DNA from: Azolla caroliniana
Lineage: Eukaryota > Plantae > Polypodiophyta
Assembly: GCA_043228905.1 (NCBI GenBank)
Contig: JBHGNT010000011.1
Span: forward strand, 5,766,001 to 5,830,000
Length of the DNA stretch: 64,000 nt
Direction: 5' to 3'
Shown here: one piece after another, positions 1 to 11,200 of the stretch
Layout of the letters: each line of letters opens with the position of its first letter
Numbering within the stretch: position 1 is the first letter of the stretch
Notes under the pieces: generated by a model
Told to the model about the DNA's origin: nothing
Databases searched by the model: none
What the model saw: only the letters and a program-made list of their open reading frames with translations
Position numbers and translations under genes: made by a program

Positions 1-398
1 CAGGAACAAAGGCACAGAGAACGTGCCGACAGCAGTTCCGGATCATCCGGGAGCAGGGGGAGTCATGGCAGCACCGGAAGATGGCAAGAGAAGACTGCAA
101 CGGAATGTTGGTACTGTGGCAAAAAGGGCCACAGAGAAAGAGAGTGCTTGAGAAAACGCGCCGATTCGGACAAATCTGGATCCGGCAAGGCCGGCAAGGA
201 TGGCCAGCAAAGCTCGCACTACACAAAGGGATCGGGAGGATCCAAGAACGGTAATGGGCCAGCCTTGGTGATGAAGCACGAGGCGAACTCGATGAAGAAG
301 ACCACTTCCAAATCGGAGGAAGTGTGGTATGTTGATTCTCGTGCGTCGAACCACATGACGAGCCACAAAGAGTGGTTCTCCTTCTTGGAGAAACCGGA
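1..398 (+). pseudogene. copia gag C-terminus (zinc knuckle) and protease start of copy A
   Basis: CCHC-type knuckle and WYVDSRASNHMTSHKEWF; reading resumes at ~850 after the solo LTR. Confidence 0.85.
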
Positions 399-500
399 TG
401 TCAGGAACAGTACTAAGATAGAGAAGGAATTAGTACTAAACGAAGGATTAGTACTATGAGAGGTGTAGAACTTCTTCAAGAGAAGGAAGAAGTGAGCGAG

Positions 501-555
<55 letters not shown>

Positions 556-844
556 TGATAAGAAAAATATGTATAAGAGAATATACAATGGTGGCTAAAA
601 GGCTTAAGACTAGCGTTGAACCAATTTGGTTCAACATACTGCCTAGTGCCCTCTTTTATAGTGTTTTCAGGAGTAATCCTGAAGCTTCTAGAATGTTCCA
701 GAGAAATCTGGAATATACACTAATTTCCTATAATAAAATGTAAATGAAAATAATATCCTACGTATTACAATAGATGATCTAATGGTCAAGAGCTCGACCC
801 ATATAACCTAAGGTCATGGGTTCGAGTCTTGCCATATCATGACA
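399..844 (-). mobile_element. Solo LTR (446 bp) inserted in the copia protease region
   Basis: Termini TGTCA...TGACA; 5-bp TSD CCGGA at 394-398 and 845-849; TATAAAAG on the minus strand near 653-660. Confidence 0.9.
504..552. repeat. (GA)n microsatellite inside the solo LTR
   Basis: Direct reading. Confidence 0.95.
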
Positions 845-969
845 CCGGATCAACCAGGAGTAGTCGAAACCGGAGACGACACTCCTCACCCAATCGTGCA
901 CGTCGGAGAAGTCCCTTTGAGCCACGTCGGAAAGAAGGGGAAGCTGATGAATGTAGTACACGTTCCGAC

Positions 970-1323
970 TGTCACGGATCATAAGCTCAAGAGATAAGCA
1001 AAAAGATAACCAAATGGACAAGAAAGAAGATAGTATTACAGGAAAGACTCCATAACTGGTGTTGTTCACCTTGAATTCCTTCAAGGTGAACTCCTCTATT
1101 TATACTACATGGCATGCATACTTGTTGCACGCATGTGAATCTACAATAGAGCATGTAGGTATGCATGCATGTGCCAAGTGTAAATACTACAAGGGAGCAA
1201 CTATGCACATGATGCTAGCAAAATAATAAGGACCAATTACATACATAACTATGTACTAGATATCTTGGTTAACTCATAATACTAGATTATAACATGGTCG
1301 TGTCAAGAGTTTGAATCTTGACA
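970..1323 (-). repeat. 3' LTR of the Tcn1-like chromovirus
   Basis: Direct repeat of 6229-6582 with about 8 mismatches by eye; adjacent to the PPT. Confidence 0.95.
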
Positions 1324-1376
1324 TTATCCCCCCTCCTACGCCGCCTTCCCAAATCGGCCGCTGGTTTGTGGGGATA

Positions 1377-4300
1377 TCAGTGATGAAAATCTTGGACGAC
1401 CTCTAGGGCATTTTGTAAATTTGTCGATGGTTCCCACGTGGCCTCAGACATGGGGTAACCCCTCCATAGGACGAGGTATTGCAAGTGTCGACGGTGCCAA
1501 CGCGACTCAAGGATTTGGTCGACCTCGTATTCCTCCCCTGTCGTCAATTGCACAGGTGGTGGTGGTGGGGCCTGACGTCCTGGGAGTTGTGAAGCATAAT
1601 GGGGTTCGAGGAGGGAGACATGAAAAACATCGTGAATCCAGAAGTGGGATGGAAGGGCGAGCCGGAAGGCGACGGGATTGATGCACTCGATGATACGGAA
1701 TGGTCCCAACTTCTTGTAATCAAGTTTCGCACATGGACGAGTAGTAGAGATGTGTCGACGTAACCACCAGACCATGTCTCCAAGGACAAAGTGTGGAGTG
1801 GAAGATCGATGGCGATCAGCCTGCTTCTTGTATTGTTCACTAGCAAGACTAAGCTCCAAGGATAAATCATGATGTAGTTCTTCCAAAATGTGGGCGCGAT
1901 CCTCCGCCGAAGGGTTCACGGAAGTGGTAGGAAGGGAAATGTTGAAGCGAGGATGTAAACCATAGTTGGCAAAGTAGGGAGTGACGCCAGTCGATGCATG
2001 GAGAGAATTATTGTAGGCGAATTCCGCGAGCGAAAGTAAGTTGACCCAATCATCTTGTTGGTAACTAACCGAGCACCGAAGATACTACTCAAGGATTTGG
2101 TTGACACGCTCCGTTTGCCTATCAGTTTGGGGGTGATAAGCAGAGGACAACTTGACAGAGATGCCTAAAGTTTGTAGCAGGCGCTACCAGAAGTGAGAGA
2201 CAAACTGGGGTCCGCGATCCGAGATGACATCATCGGGGAATCCATGTAAGCGTACCACATTGTTGAGTAGTAGATGCACCATTCCTTCTCCGGAAATGGT
2301 TTTGGAGCATGGAGTGAAGTGAGCCATCTTCGTAAACCGAACGACAATGACCAACACCGAGTCATAGCTATTGACCAAGGGTAGATCAGTTATCATGTCC
2401 ATAGAGATAGAGGCCCAAGGACGACGAGGACATGGAAGCGGTTGTAGTAATCTGTATGGCCGATGATGAATGGCTTTGGAGCGAGCACAAACCTCACAAC
2501 TCTTTATGTATTCTTTGACCAACTTCCATGGTTGTGGCCACCAATACCCCCGAGAGATTAGCTCGAGGGTTTTCGCGACCCCGAAATTACCTGCAAGTGG
2601 GTCATCGTGGCATTTCCGCAACACCCGAGTGCGACATGGGCCCTCTAGGACATATAAGAGATGACCTCGGAACAACAAACCCTCTTGTATGGTGAAGGTG
2701 TCAAGATCCTTCCTTTTGGTCGCCTTGGAGGGGGTTTGCAGACTATCTCGAATCTCGTTGGCGAACGCATCGGTCTTGGATGCATCAGTGATTTGTTGGA
2801 GTAAAGAATCATCCTGCAACATACAAAATGCAAAAAGATGCAATTGGTCGGGTTTCAAAAAACGTGTAGATTATTGAGCATAAGCAGCATCCCCAGGGCG
2901 AAGTGAAAGGTCAGCTCGGCAAGAAAGGGCATCAACCTTCCCATGTTGGCCACCAGGTCGAAATACGATCTCAAAATCGTAGTCAGCGAGAAATGTCGAC
3001 CAACGGGCCTGCCTTCGATTCAAAGTACAAGTGGTGGAAAAATAAACTAAATTTTTATGATCATTCACTACCTGGACACGATGTTGTGCGCCGGCCAAGT
3101 AGGGTCGCCATTCTTCAAAGGTAGCAATGATAGCAGCAAGCTCCTTGTCATAAATGGGATAATTGATTTCGGATGCCGTAAATTTTCGGGAATAGTAAGC
3201 CACTGGGTGCATTAGGTTGTTGTCATCTACCTGGGATAAGATGGCGCCAATGGCAAAGTCAGAGACATCGGTTTCGACTTGGAAGGGTTTTGTGGGGTCG
3301 GCATGTAGCAGCACCAGGGCAGTGATGAATGCGTGTTTGAGTGAGTCGAACGCATTTTGCGCCTCCGAGGTCCATAAAAATGGAGTGCCTTTATGGGTGA
3401 GAGCGATAAGAGGTTGTGCTAGGGTGGAAAACCTCTTGATGAAGCGACGGTAAAAATTCGCGAAGACGAAGAAGGATTGCACATCTTTAAGTCGCCTTGG
3501 AGTCGCCCACGCCTGAATGACAGAGACCTTCTTCATATCCATGGTGATGCCAGTGGGTGAGATGATGTAGCCCATAAATTCGATCGAGGTACGGTCGAAC
3601 TCGCATTTCTCGCCTTTGGCATAAAGGCCATGCTCGCGAAGTTTGGCAAAAACTAATCGCGAAGTCGCCTTGGAGTCGCCCACGCCTGAATGACAGAGAC
3701 CTTCTTCATATCCATGGTGATGCCAGTGGGCGAGATGATGTAGCCCATAAATTCGATCGAGGTACGGTCGAACTCGCATTTCTCGCCTTTGGCATAAAGG
3801 CCATGCTCGCGAAGTTTGGCAAGAACTAATCGGACTTGGCGAGTGTGCTCCTCCATGTTTGGCGAGAAAATGAGTGGGCGAGATGATGTAGCCCATAAAT
3901 TCGATTGAGGTACGGTCGAACTCGCATTTCTCGCCTTTGGCATAAAGGCCATGCTCGCGAAGTTTGGCAAGAACTAATCGGACTTGGCGAGTGTGCTCCT
4001 CCATGTTTGGCGAGAAAATGAGAATATCATCGAGGTAAATGACAACAAAAAGATCAAGATATTCCCGGAATATATCGTTCATCATATGTTGAAAAATTGC
4101 GGGAGCGTTAGTAAGACCAAAAGGCATTACCTTGTGTTCGAAATGCCCATACTGTGTTCGAAATGCGGTTTTCCATTCATCCCCCCGCTTGATGCGTACT
4201 AGATTGTACGCTCCACGCAGATCAACTTTGGAGAAGACACGCGCAACTCGGAGCCGATCAAGGAGTTCGGGGATCAAAGGTAGCAAATAGCGGTTGCGCA

Positions 4301-5156
4301 CAGTGAGTTTGTTGAGACCTCGGTAGTTGACGCATAAGCGTAGAGAGTCGTCCTTCTTCTTCACAAATAAAATGGGAGCCCCGGCTGGTGACTTAGAAGG
4401 TTGAATAAATCCTTTCTCGAGGTTCTCATCGAGATACACACGAAGGGCCTTCAACTCTGGTGCAGACAACGCATATAGAGGACCAAAGGGTGGACACGCA
4501 CTTTCTTGAAGATCAATCGGACAGTCGTAGAGCCGGTGTTCAGGCAAACGATCAGCATTACATTTTTCAAATACGTCGGAGAAGTGTTGGTATTTTTCGG
4601 GAATAACATGGAGTGTGTTAGAAATGGCGCCACAAACAAACCCATCCTGGACCGATGATGGGGTAGTCAATTCGGAGTCGACCGTCTCCAAAGGATAGGA
4701 AACTGAATTTACCTTCATACTTTTGCACGAGCATCTTGGCTTGCTAAATGTGATCGACCGGTTGCACCAATCCACTATTGGATTGTGCGCCTCCAACCAC
4801 GTTAGTCTTAAGAAGATCGGATGTCGAGGAGATGCGATGAGGTAAAAGGCGAGCTCCTCCTGGTGTGAGCCCACCCGAAGCCCTAATGGGATTGTAGCTT
4901 GAGTAATTGCACCTGACGAGAAAACGCACCCGTCGATGGCTTCAACTGGAATGGGTTTTGAGAGGCCAACTACAGGTACGCCATGTGCTTGGGCAAACGC
5001 GATGTCGATGAAGCAAGAAGATGCCCCAGACTCAAGTAAAGCAACAAACTGAATGGAACTAGAGTTAAACGAAATCCATACCTCCAATGTGAAATTGCCT
5101 GATGGTCCGGCAATGGAACCAAGAGAATGTGGGCGACGGGAGATGTCCAGTGGCAT
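1377..5156 (-). pseudogene. gypsy pol (protease, RT, RNase H, integrase, chromodomain) with stops and an internal duplication
   Basis: ORF pieces 2871-5156 ([43 protein letters not shown]), 2184-2858 (integrase zinc-binding region, ISDRGPQF) and 1377-1919 (KLGPF GPF motif, chromodomain YEVDQIL...YLVLWRGY...TWEP). Confidence 0.93.
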
Positions 5157-5161
5157 GGCTC

Positions 5162-6178
5162 CTACTGCAACCGAACGATGTCATTTTCTGGATGTTGGGG
5201 TCCGTTAGCTCGATGGAATTGTGGGCGAGTACTCTTAGGACAATGGCGAACGACATGACCGGAGGCGCCACAATACATGCACAAGCCATTAGCCCGCCGA
5301 AATTGTCGTTCAACATCAGTCAATGGCCGAAATCGGGCTTGATCAATTTCCATGAGGATAGGAGCATCTGCCAAAGTAGGCGAGTGTGAGGATGCCTGGG
5401 GTTGTATGACCGCGGCGTGGCGTGGAAGTGAATGAGGTGGAACCCAAGTCCGGTGCTCTTCTTGGTGAAATTCGAAAAGACGATTGCCAAAATGGACTGC
5501 TTGTGAAATCGCTTGGGATAACGAGGTGGGCTCCAGAAAGTTTAAGAGAAGATTTTTGACATTGCTTCGAAGGTCGTGCCGAAAGTGATCAGCTAAAGCT
5601 TGATCATCCCAATTGACGTCGCATGCTAGTTGTCGAAATTCTAAAGCATAGACCGAAGTTGCACGCGAACCTTGTTTGAGTGCATAAATCTTGTTAAGAG
5701 TTGTACGTCGTCGGTCTATCTCTCCAAATGTGGCCTCTAACTCGGCGAGGAAGGCGGGAAAGTCCTCCAATAGAGGTGACGAGGTTTCTACCAATGGTGC
5801 AAACCAAGCTTGGGCCAGACCGGAGAGAAGGGTGCCCACAAGGCCGACTTGTCGAAGACCATCTCCATAACGTTGAGGTTGTAACCGAATGATAAGTCAA
5901 ACTTGGTTGATGAACCCTCAGAAACGCGACCTCGTTCCATCAAATTTTTCTGGGAGGCTAACCTTAGGCTCAAGAAACTGTGACGAAGCTAGGCTAGATG
6001 TTGGTAGAAGATCAGGTTCTAGGCTAGGTTGTTGTGGGAGACTAGGGTTCGGGGGTTGTGAGGATAGGGAGGTACCGACTTGAAGTTCTTGTAAAGAATT
6101 TCGAAGAGCTTCATTTTCAAGCTGTAGTTGTCGTAAGGCTACCATTATTTGGCCTAACTCACTAGTTGAGTCGGACAT
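5162..6178 (-). pseudogene. gypsy gag (Sushi/PEG10-like) with a frameshift
   Basis: PKVSLPEKFDGTRS, retrotrans_gag core (LLSGLAQAW, LKQGSR), zinc knuckle CMYCGASGHVVRHC. Confidence 0.9.
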
Positions 6179-6215
6179 AGCTATGGCTTATGAGAGGGAG
6201 AGCTACGAGGATGGG

Positions 6216-6226
6216 AAGGTGAACAA
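6216..6226 (-). promoter_or_regulatory. Primer-binding site of self-priming type (TTGTTCACCTT)
   Basis: Lies 2 nt downstream of the 5' LTR; not a TGG tRNA-type PBS; exact complement of LTR sequence 6331->6321. Confidence 0.8.
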
Positions 6227-6228
6227 AC

Positions 6229-6582
6229 TATCACGGATCATAAGCTCAAGAGACAAGCAAGACAATAACCAAATGGACAAGAAAGAAGATAGTATTGAAG
6301 GAAAGACTCCATAACTGGTGTTGTTCACCTTGAATTCCTTCAAGGTGAACTCCTCTATTTATACTACATGGCATGCATACTTGTTGCACGCATGTGAATC
6401 TACAATAGAGCATGTAGGTATGCATGCATGTGCCAAGTGTAAATACTACAAGGGAGCAACTATGCACATGATGCTAGCAAAATAATAAGGACCAATTACA
6501 TACATAACTATGTACTAGATATCTTGGTTAACTCATAATACTAGATTATAACATGGTCGTGTCAAGAGTTCGAATCTTGACA
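6229..6582 (-). repeat. 5' LTR of the Tcn1-like chromovirus
   Basis: Direct repeat of 970-1323; TATAAATA at 6363->6356. Confidence 0.95.
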
Positions 6583-6587
6583 CCGAC

Positions 6588-9500
6588 AATCACGAAGAAC
6601 CTGGTGTCGGTTGAACAGATCGTCGACCAGGGGATGCAGGTGCGGTTTACGCACCATGGGTGCTTCATCGAGGAAGAGGGCCAGATTATTGCGCAAGGGC
6701 GCAAAGATGGGAGGATGTTTATCCTCGACACCAATCACGTCGACACCGCTCTGTTTGCAAAAGGACAGAAGGTCGAATCGGACATCGACCTGTGACACAA
6801 GCAGATAGGCCACGTCAATTACCGGAGGCTTCAAGACCTGCAAACGAAACAAGTTGTTTTCGGTTTGCCGAAGTTCAACGGCCGGAAGGCCCAAGTATGT
6901 GAAGCCTGCCAACTCGGGAAGCAACACTGGCTTCCATTCCCTACCGAACGTAACCGGAGTCGTAATAAGCTCGACCTTATTCATTCTGATGTGTGGGGAC
7001 CAGCACAGAATGTTAGTCTTGGCGGGAGTCGATATTTCGTCTCCTTCATCGATGACTATACGCGACACACCTGGATCTACCTCATTGAGCGGAAGAGTGA
7101 AGTCTTCGAGTGTTTCCAAAGTCTCCAAATCATGGTGGAACGGGAATCGGAGAGGAAGATCAAATGCCTGCGGTCGGATGGCGGAAAAGAATACTTTTCC
7201 GGCCAATTCAACAGTTATCTACAGCAAAAGGGAATTCGACGAGAGTTCAGCTACAGATACACACCGCAACAAAACGGTGTTGCTGAAAGGAAGAACCGAT
7301 TGCTTATTGATGCGGCAAGGGCAATGTTGGAGGAGAAGAGCATGCCCAAATTTTACTGGGCGGAGGCAGTCCGAACGGCTGTCTACATCTAGAACCGGAT
7401 CGGTGACAAGGTGTCAGCTCACGAGCTGTGTTTCAGACTCAAGCCGAATTTGAGACACCTTAAGATCTTCGGTAGCATTGCATATGTGCATGTACCGGAT
7501 GAGAAGCGGAGGAAGCTGGATGCAAAATCGGAAAAATGCATCCTAGTCGGCTATGCTCAAGAGCAAAAGGGTTATAAGTGTTATAACCCCCAGACAAAGC
7601 AGGTTAGAGTTAGTCGAGATGTCGAGTTCGATGAATCGGCATCATGGTATTCCTTACCGACTCCGACTTCCGATTCCGACCCGATGTCGGTGGATGAGGC
7701 TAGTAAGCCTGAACCAGCCCAGGTAGAGGATGATGAAGCGTGGACTCAGGATGAGAGTCCGGAATCATTCCGGTTGAGCGGGCCTAATGAGAGACTGAGT
7801 CAATCTGACCAGTCCGATGAGGAACCGGCGAGTAGTGGAGACTCCGCAGTGCACTCCCCGCGCAAGGAACCGAGGAGGCGGTTCACGCGAACAGAGAAGG
7901 GGAAGAAGAAGAAGCCGGAATTCGAAACCACCAACAATGAGTCGGATCGGTGTGCATCCGACTCCGGCAAGGAGAAAGGCGGATCTTCGGCAACAAAGAC
8001 TAAACTGGCCAAGAAGGGCCTCAAACCAGGTAACGGTGAGTTACGTCGGTCCACCCGCCAGAAGGATCCCGTCAAGCGGTACGGGTACAATGAGTACATG
8101 GCGCATCACTATGCGTACATGACTAAGGTGGCGGAAGTGCGTGAGCCGGAGAGCTACGCAAAAGCGGGAAAGGACGCCAATTGGCGTGCCGCTATGGAGG
8201 AAGAAATGCGGGCACTTGATGTCAACGAGACATGGGACCTAGTTGACCCTCCCCGTCACTGTAAACCGATCGGATGCAAGTGGGTGTACAAGGTAAAGTA
8301 CAACGCCGACGGTTCAATTAACCAGTACAAGGCCCGGCTAGTGGCGAAGGGATACGCGCAGACCCACAAAATCGACTACGACGAGACCTTCGCTCCAGTA
8401 GCGAAGATAACGACGGTTCGTGTGGTGTTGGCGGTTGTTGCAACAAGGGGTTGGCATCTTCACCAGATGGATGTGAAGAATGTGTTTCTTCAGGGTGATC
8501 TTGAAGAAGAAGTCTTTATGACTCAACCCCCCGGTTTTCAATCGGAGATGAACAAGTCGGCGGTATGCCGGCTAAAGAAGTCGTTGTACGGCCTGAAGCA
8601 AGCCCCTCGCGCTTGGAATGCGAAGATCACGCACCGGTTGCGTAAGATGGGGTTTGCGGCCTCCGACTCTTCATTGTTCATCCGGCAAGGCTCAGCCGGT
8701 CTAGTATGTATCCTGTTGTATGTTGATGATTTAGTCATCACCGGACCGGGTCTTCCAGAAGTCAACCGCATCAAGTCCCAGTTGTCGGACGCATTTGAGA
8801 TGAAGGACCTGGGGGACCTTCATTATTTTCTTGGGATCGAGGTGATCCGAACCCCCGACGGCATATTGCTCTCACAACGACATTACGTCTTGAATATGTT
8901 GTACAAGTTCGGCATGACAGAATGCCGACCTGTCTCCACACCCTTGGACCGGAACCAGAAGCTTCGTCCCAACTCCGAACCGGCCTGCAACGAGCAACAG
9001 TTCCGACAAATTGTTGGAAGCCTTATTTACTTGACTATCACGCGACCCAACATCAGCTATCTAGTCGGAATGATAAGTCAGTTCATGCAGAAGCCGACCG
9101 TGGAGCACCTTCAGTGCACGCCGCGGATACTGCGATATGTAAGCGGCATGAAGGACCAGGGCCTGTTATACCGGCGCAGTATACCCGAAGAGCTAGTCGG
9201 TTACACAGATGTCGATTGGGCCGACGATGCATCAGATCGCCGATCAACCTCCGGTTACATGCTTTCCCTATGTTGCGTGGCCGTTGCGTGGAGTAGCAAA
9301 AAGCAGCCAACAGTTGCTCTGTCGAGCACTAAGGCTGAGTATCGGGGCGCTACCATTGCCACCTGTGAAGCCATTTGGCTTCGGCGACTGCTGCAAGACC
9401 TACAGATCGAGGTACCGACCCCGATTCTGGTCTTCTACGACAACATAAGCAGCATGCAACTCGCCAAGAACCCGGTATTCCATGCTCGCACAAAGCACAT

Positions 9501-10125
9501 AGAAGTGCACTATCACTTCGTGCGTGAGCGTGTCCTGAGCGGTGAGGTCGAACTTCGGTATGTTCACACGGATTGGCAAGTGGCCGACATCTTCACCAAA
9601 CCGCTCAGATCGGACAAATTGCAGCACTTCACTGAAATGCTTGGTGTTCAACATCTCAATGTGCCACACTTGAGGGGGAAAACGGGCAAAGACACGGGCA
9701 AAGACACCGGAACGGGCAAAGGCAAAGAGACTGCCGATTGCGCCGGTGAGGGAAGAACCGACGAAGGGAGAGTCAAGAAGAAGAAAGGAGCCAAGTCGAC
9801 AAGGGAAGTCGACACGTCCGAACAAGTCAGAACAAGCGGCAGCGACGGTAGAGTCAAGAAGGACAGAGTTGACCGAAGGAAGAAGACCAAGATCCGGACA
9901 TGGTCCGATGTGGTGAAGGGCCTGGAACCAGAAGACGAATCAGGAGCAACCGATTCGGACAAGAGCTGGAACAAATCGGAGACAGTCGATTCGGTTCAAC
10001 AGACAGATTCGAAAGAACCAGATCAATTCAAGGCCAAGAGGACGAGAAGGCAGCAAAAGTCGATGCCAACACGAAGGAATCGGCGAACCGGAACGTGCCG
10101 AAGTCACAGCAGCAAGGGAGCTTAA
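6588..10125 (+). pseudogene. copia pol of copy A (integrase, RT, RNase H, charged C-terminal extension); two in-frame stops
   Basis: ORFs 6553-6795, 6865-7392 and 7411-10125 share one frame, broken by TGA at 6793 (Trp expected) and TAG at 7390 (Gln expected). Confidence 0.93.
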
Positions 10126-10317
10126 TTGGGCCTGTTGAGCAAACAAGCCGACCGAGGAGGTCGAGGTGCGCAGAACAAGAGGGGTCGCGGCAAATAGAAC
10201 CGGACCGGACGAGGAGCGCAAGCAAGGCGGAACAACGCCAGGAGAAGTCGGTTGGAAGAACCAACTGCCACAGAGGCTGACACTAGGATCCAACCTCAAG
10301 TTGAGCTTTTGGGGGAG

Positions 10318-10716
10318 TGTTGAGCGGCAAGCTCAACTGGAGCCGGATCGGCTGGATAAGCCTGAGCCGGCAAGCGAGACGGATCGGTAAGCCGGTGAGC
10401 AATCAAGCCGGCAAGCAACAGAGCCGGTTAGCCGGATCCAATCGGTAACCAGAAGCCTAGTATTAGTTTAGACTACTAGGTAGTTATAGTCTTGTAGTAA
10501 GTGTCAGATGCTCATGTGAGCATTGAAGTACGCGGTACTTTTGTCAATCCCACGAGGACTTGTATAAATAGTGCTACTGAGCACATTTGTATGTACAGAG
10601 TGTTTTTATCGTTTTTGAATATAGCTTTTATGTTCTGCTCTCTCTGTCTCTCCCGTGTACTCTGTGTATTCTCTGCTTTCTCTGTTTTCTAATGCTTCCG
10701 CAAGTAATCGTTTACA
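10318..10716 (+). repeat. 3' LTR of copia copy A
   Basis: Starts TGTTGAG after the PPT; TATAAATA at ~10563; ends ...gcttccgcaagtaatcgtttaCA, homologous to the LTR end of copy D. Confidence 0.8.
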
Positions 10717-11200
10717 AGTAGGTCAAGATAAAAGAAGCCGACCACTAGCAGCCGAGGAATGTAATCAAAATACAAGCAAATGTAAACATAGGCCGAGGAT
10801 CAAGAGAGAGTAGTTGGGACGCGACGATGAAGGAGAGAGCTATATAAATCGTGAAGTGGCGAAAACAAGGAGAGACCATAAGGAGATACAAAATATATAT
10901 CTAATTCGAGCCAGAGTGACTAAGCTTAGAAATCTAGATCTGTATTGAGAGAGTGAGCAATACCGATTTACTCAGTTTGTACTACCAGTGTATTATCTAT
11001 TAAGTAATCAATTACGTGTACGTTTTGGGTCCATCTGTGTGCCTGTTTCGTTTCCATTTCCATTTCCAATTGTGTTATCTGTTTTGTAAGTCGTGAGTAC
11101 GAATCGGTTGTAGCCGATTCTCAGAGTGTCCAACCAAAAAGGTGTAACGTTCAGCCCTACCTTAGTCTCTTACGTGACCGTGATTCCTTGACCTGATTAC

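Larger units (their letters stand above)
970..6582 (-). mobile_element. Full-length Ty3/gypsy chromovirus, Tcn1-like (degenerate ORFs)
   Basis: 354-bp LTRs at 970-1323 and 6229-6582; TSD CCGAC at 965-969 and 6583-6587; gag-PR-RT-RH-INT-chromodomain order; PPT aggaggggggataa at 1324-1337; no tRNA PBS. Tcn1 assignment is inferred from the classical chromodomain plus the self-complementary PBS. Confidence 0.92.
1..10716 (+). mobile_element. Ty1/copia LTR retrotransposon (copy A); 5' end outside the window; interrupted by two nested insertions
   Basis: Gag zinc knuckle (CWYCGKKGHRE, ~105-150), protease WYVDSRASNHMT, then after the insertions GAG-pre-integrase, integrase (HSDVWGP, RSDGGKEY, QQNGVAERKNR), RT (QMDVKNVFL, YVDD) and RNase H (HARTKHIEVHYHF) in copia order; PPT gggggag 10311-10317; LTR TG...CA. 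Confidence 0.95.

Noticed and set aside
768-840. Functional tRNA gene (also at 25495-25570)
   Set aside because: Acceptor and anticodon stems do not pair convincingly; reported as tRNA-derived sequence only.
10717-11150. Possible remnant of an older LTR into which copia A inserted (TATA at ~10841)
   Set aside because: No partner LTR, TSD, PBS or PPT within the window.
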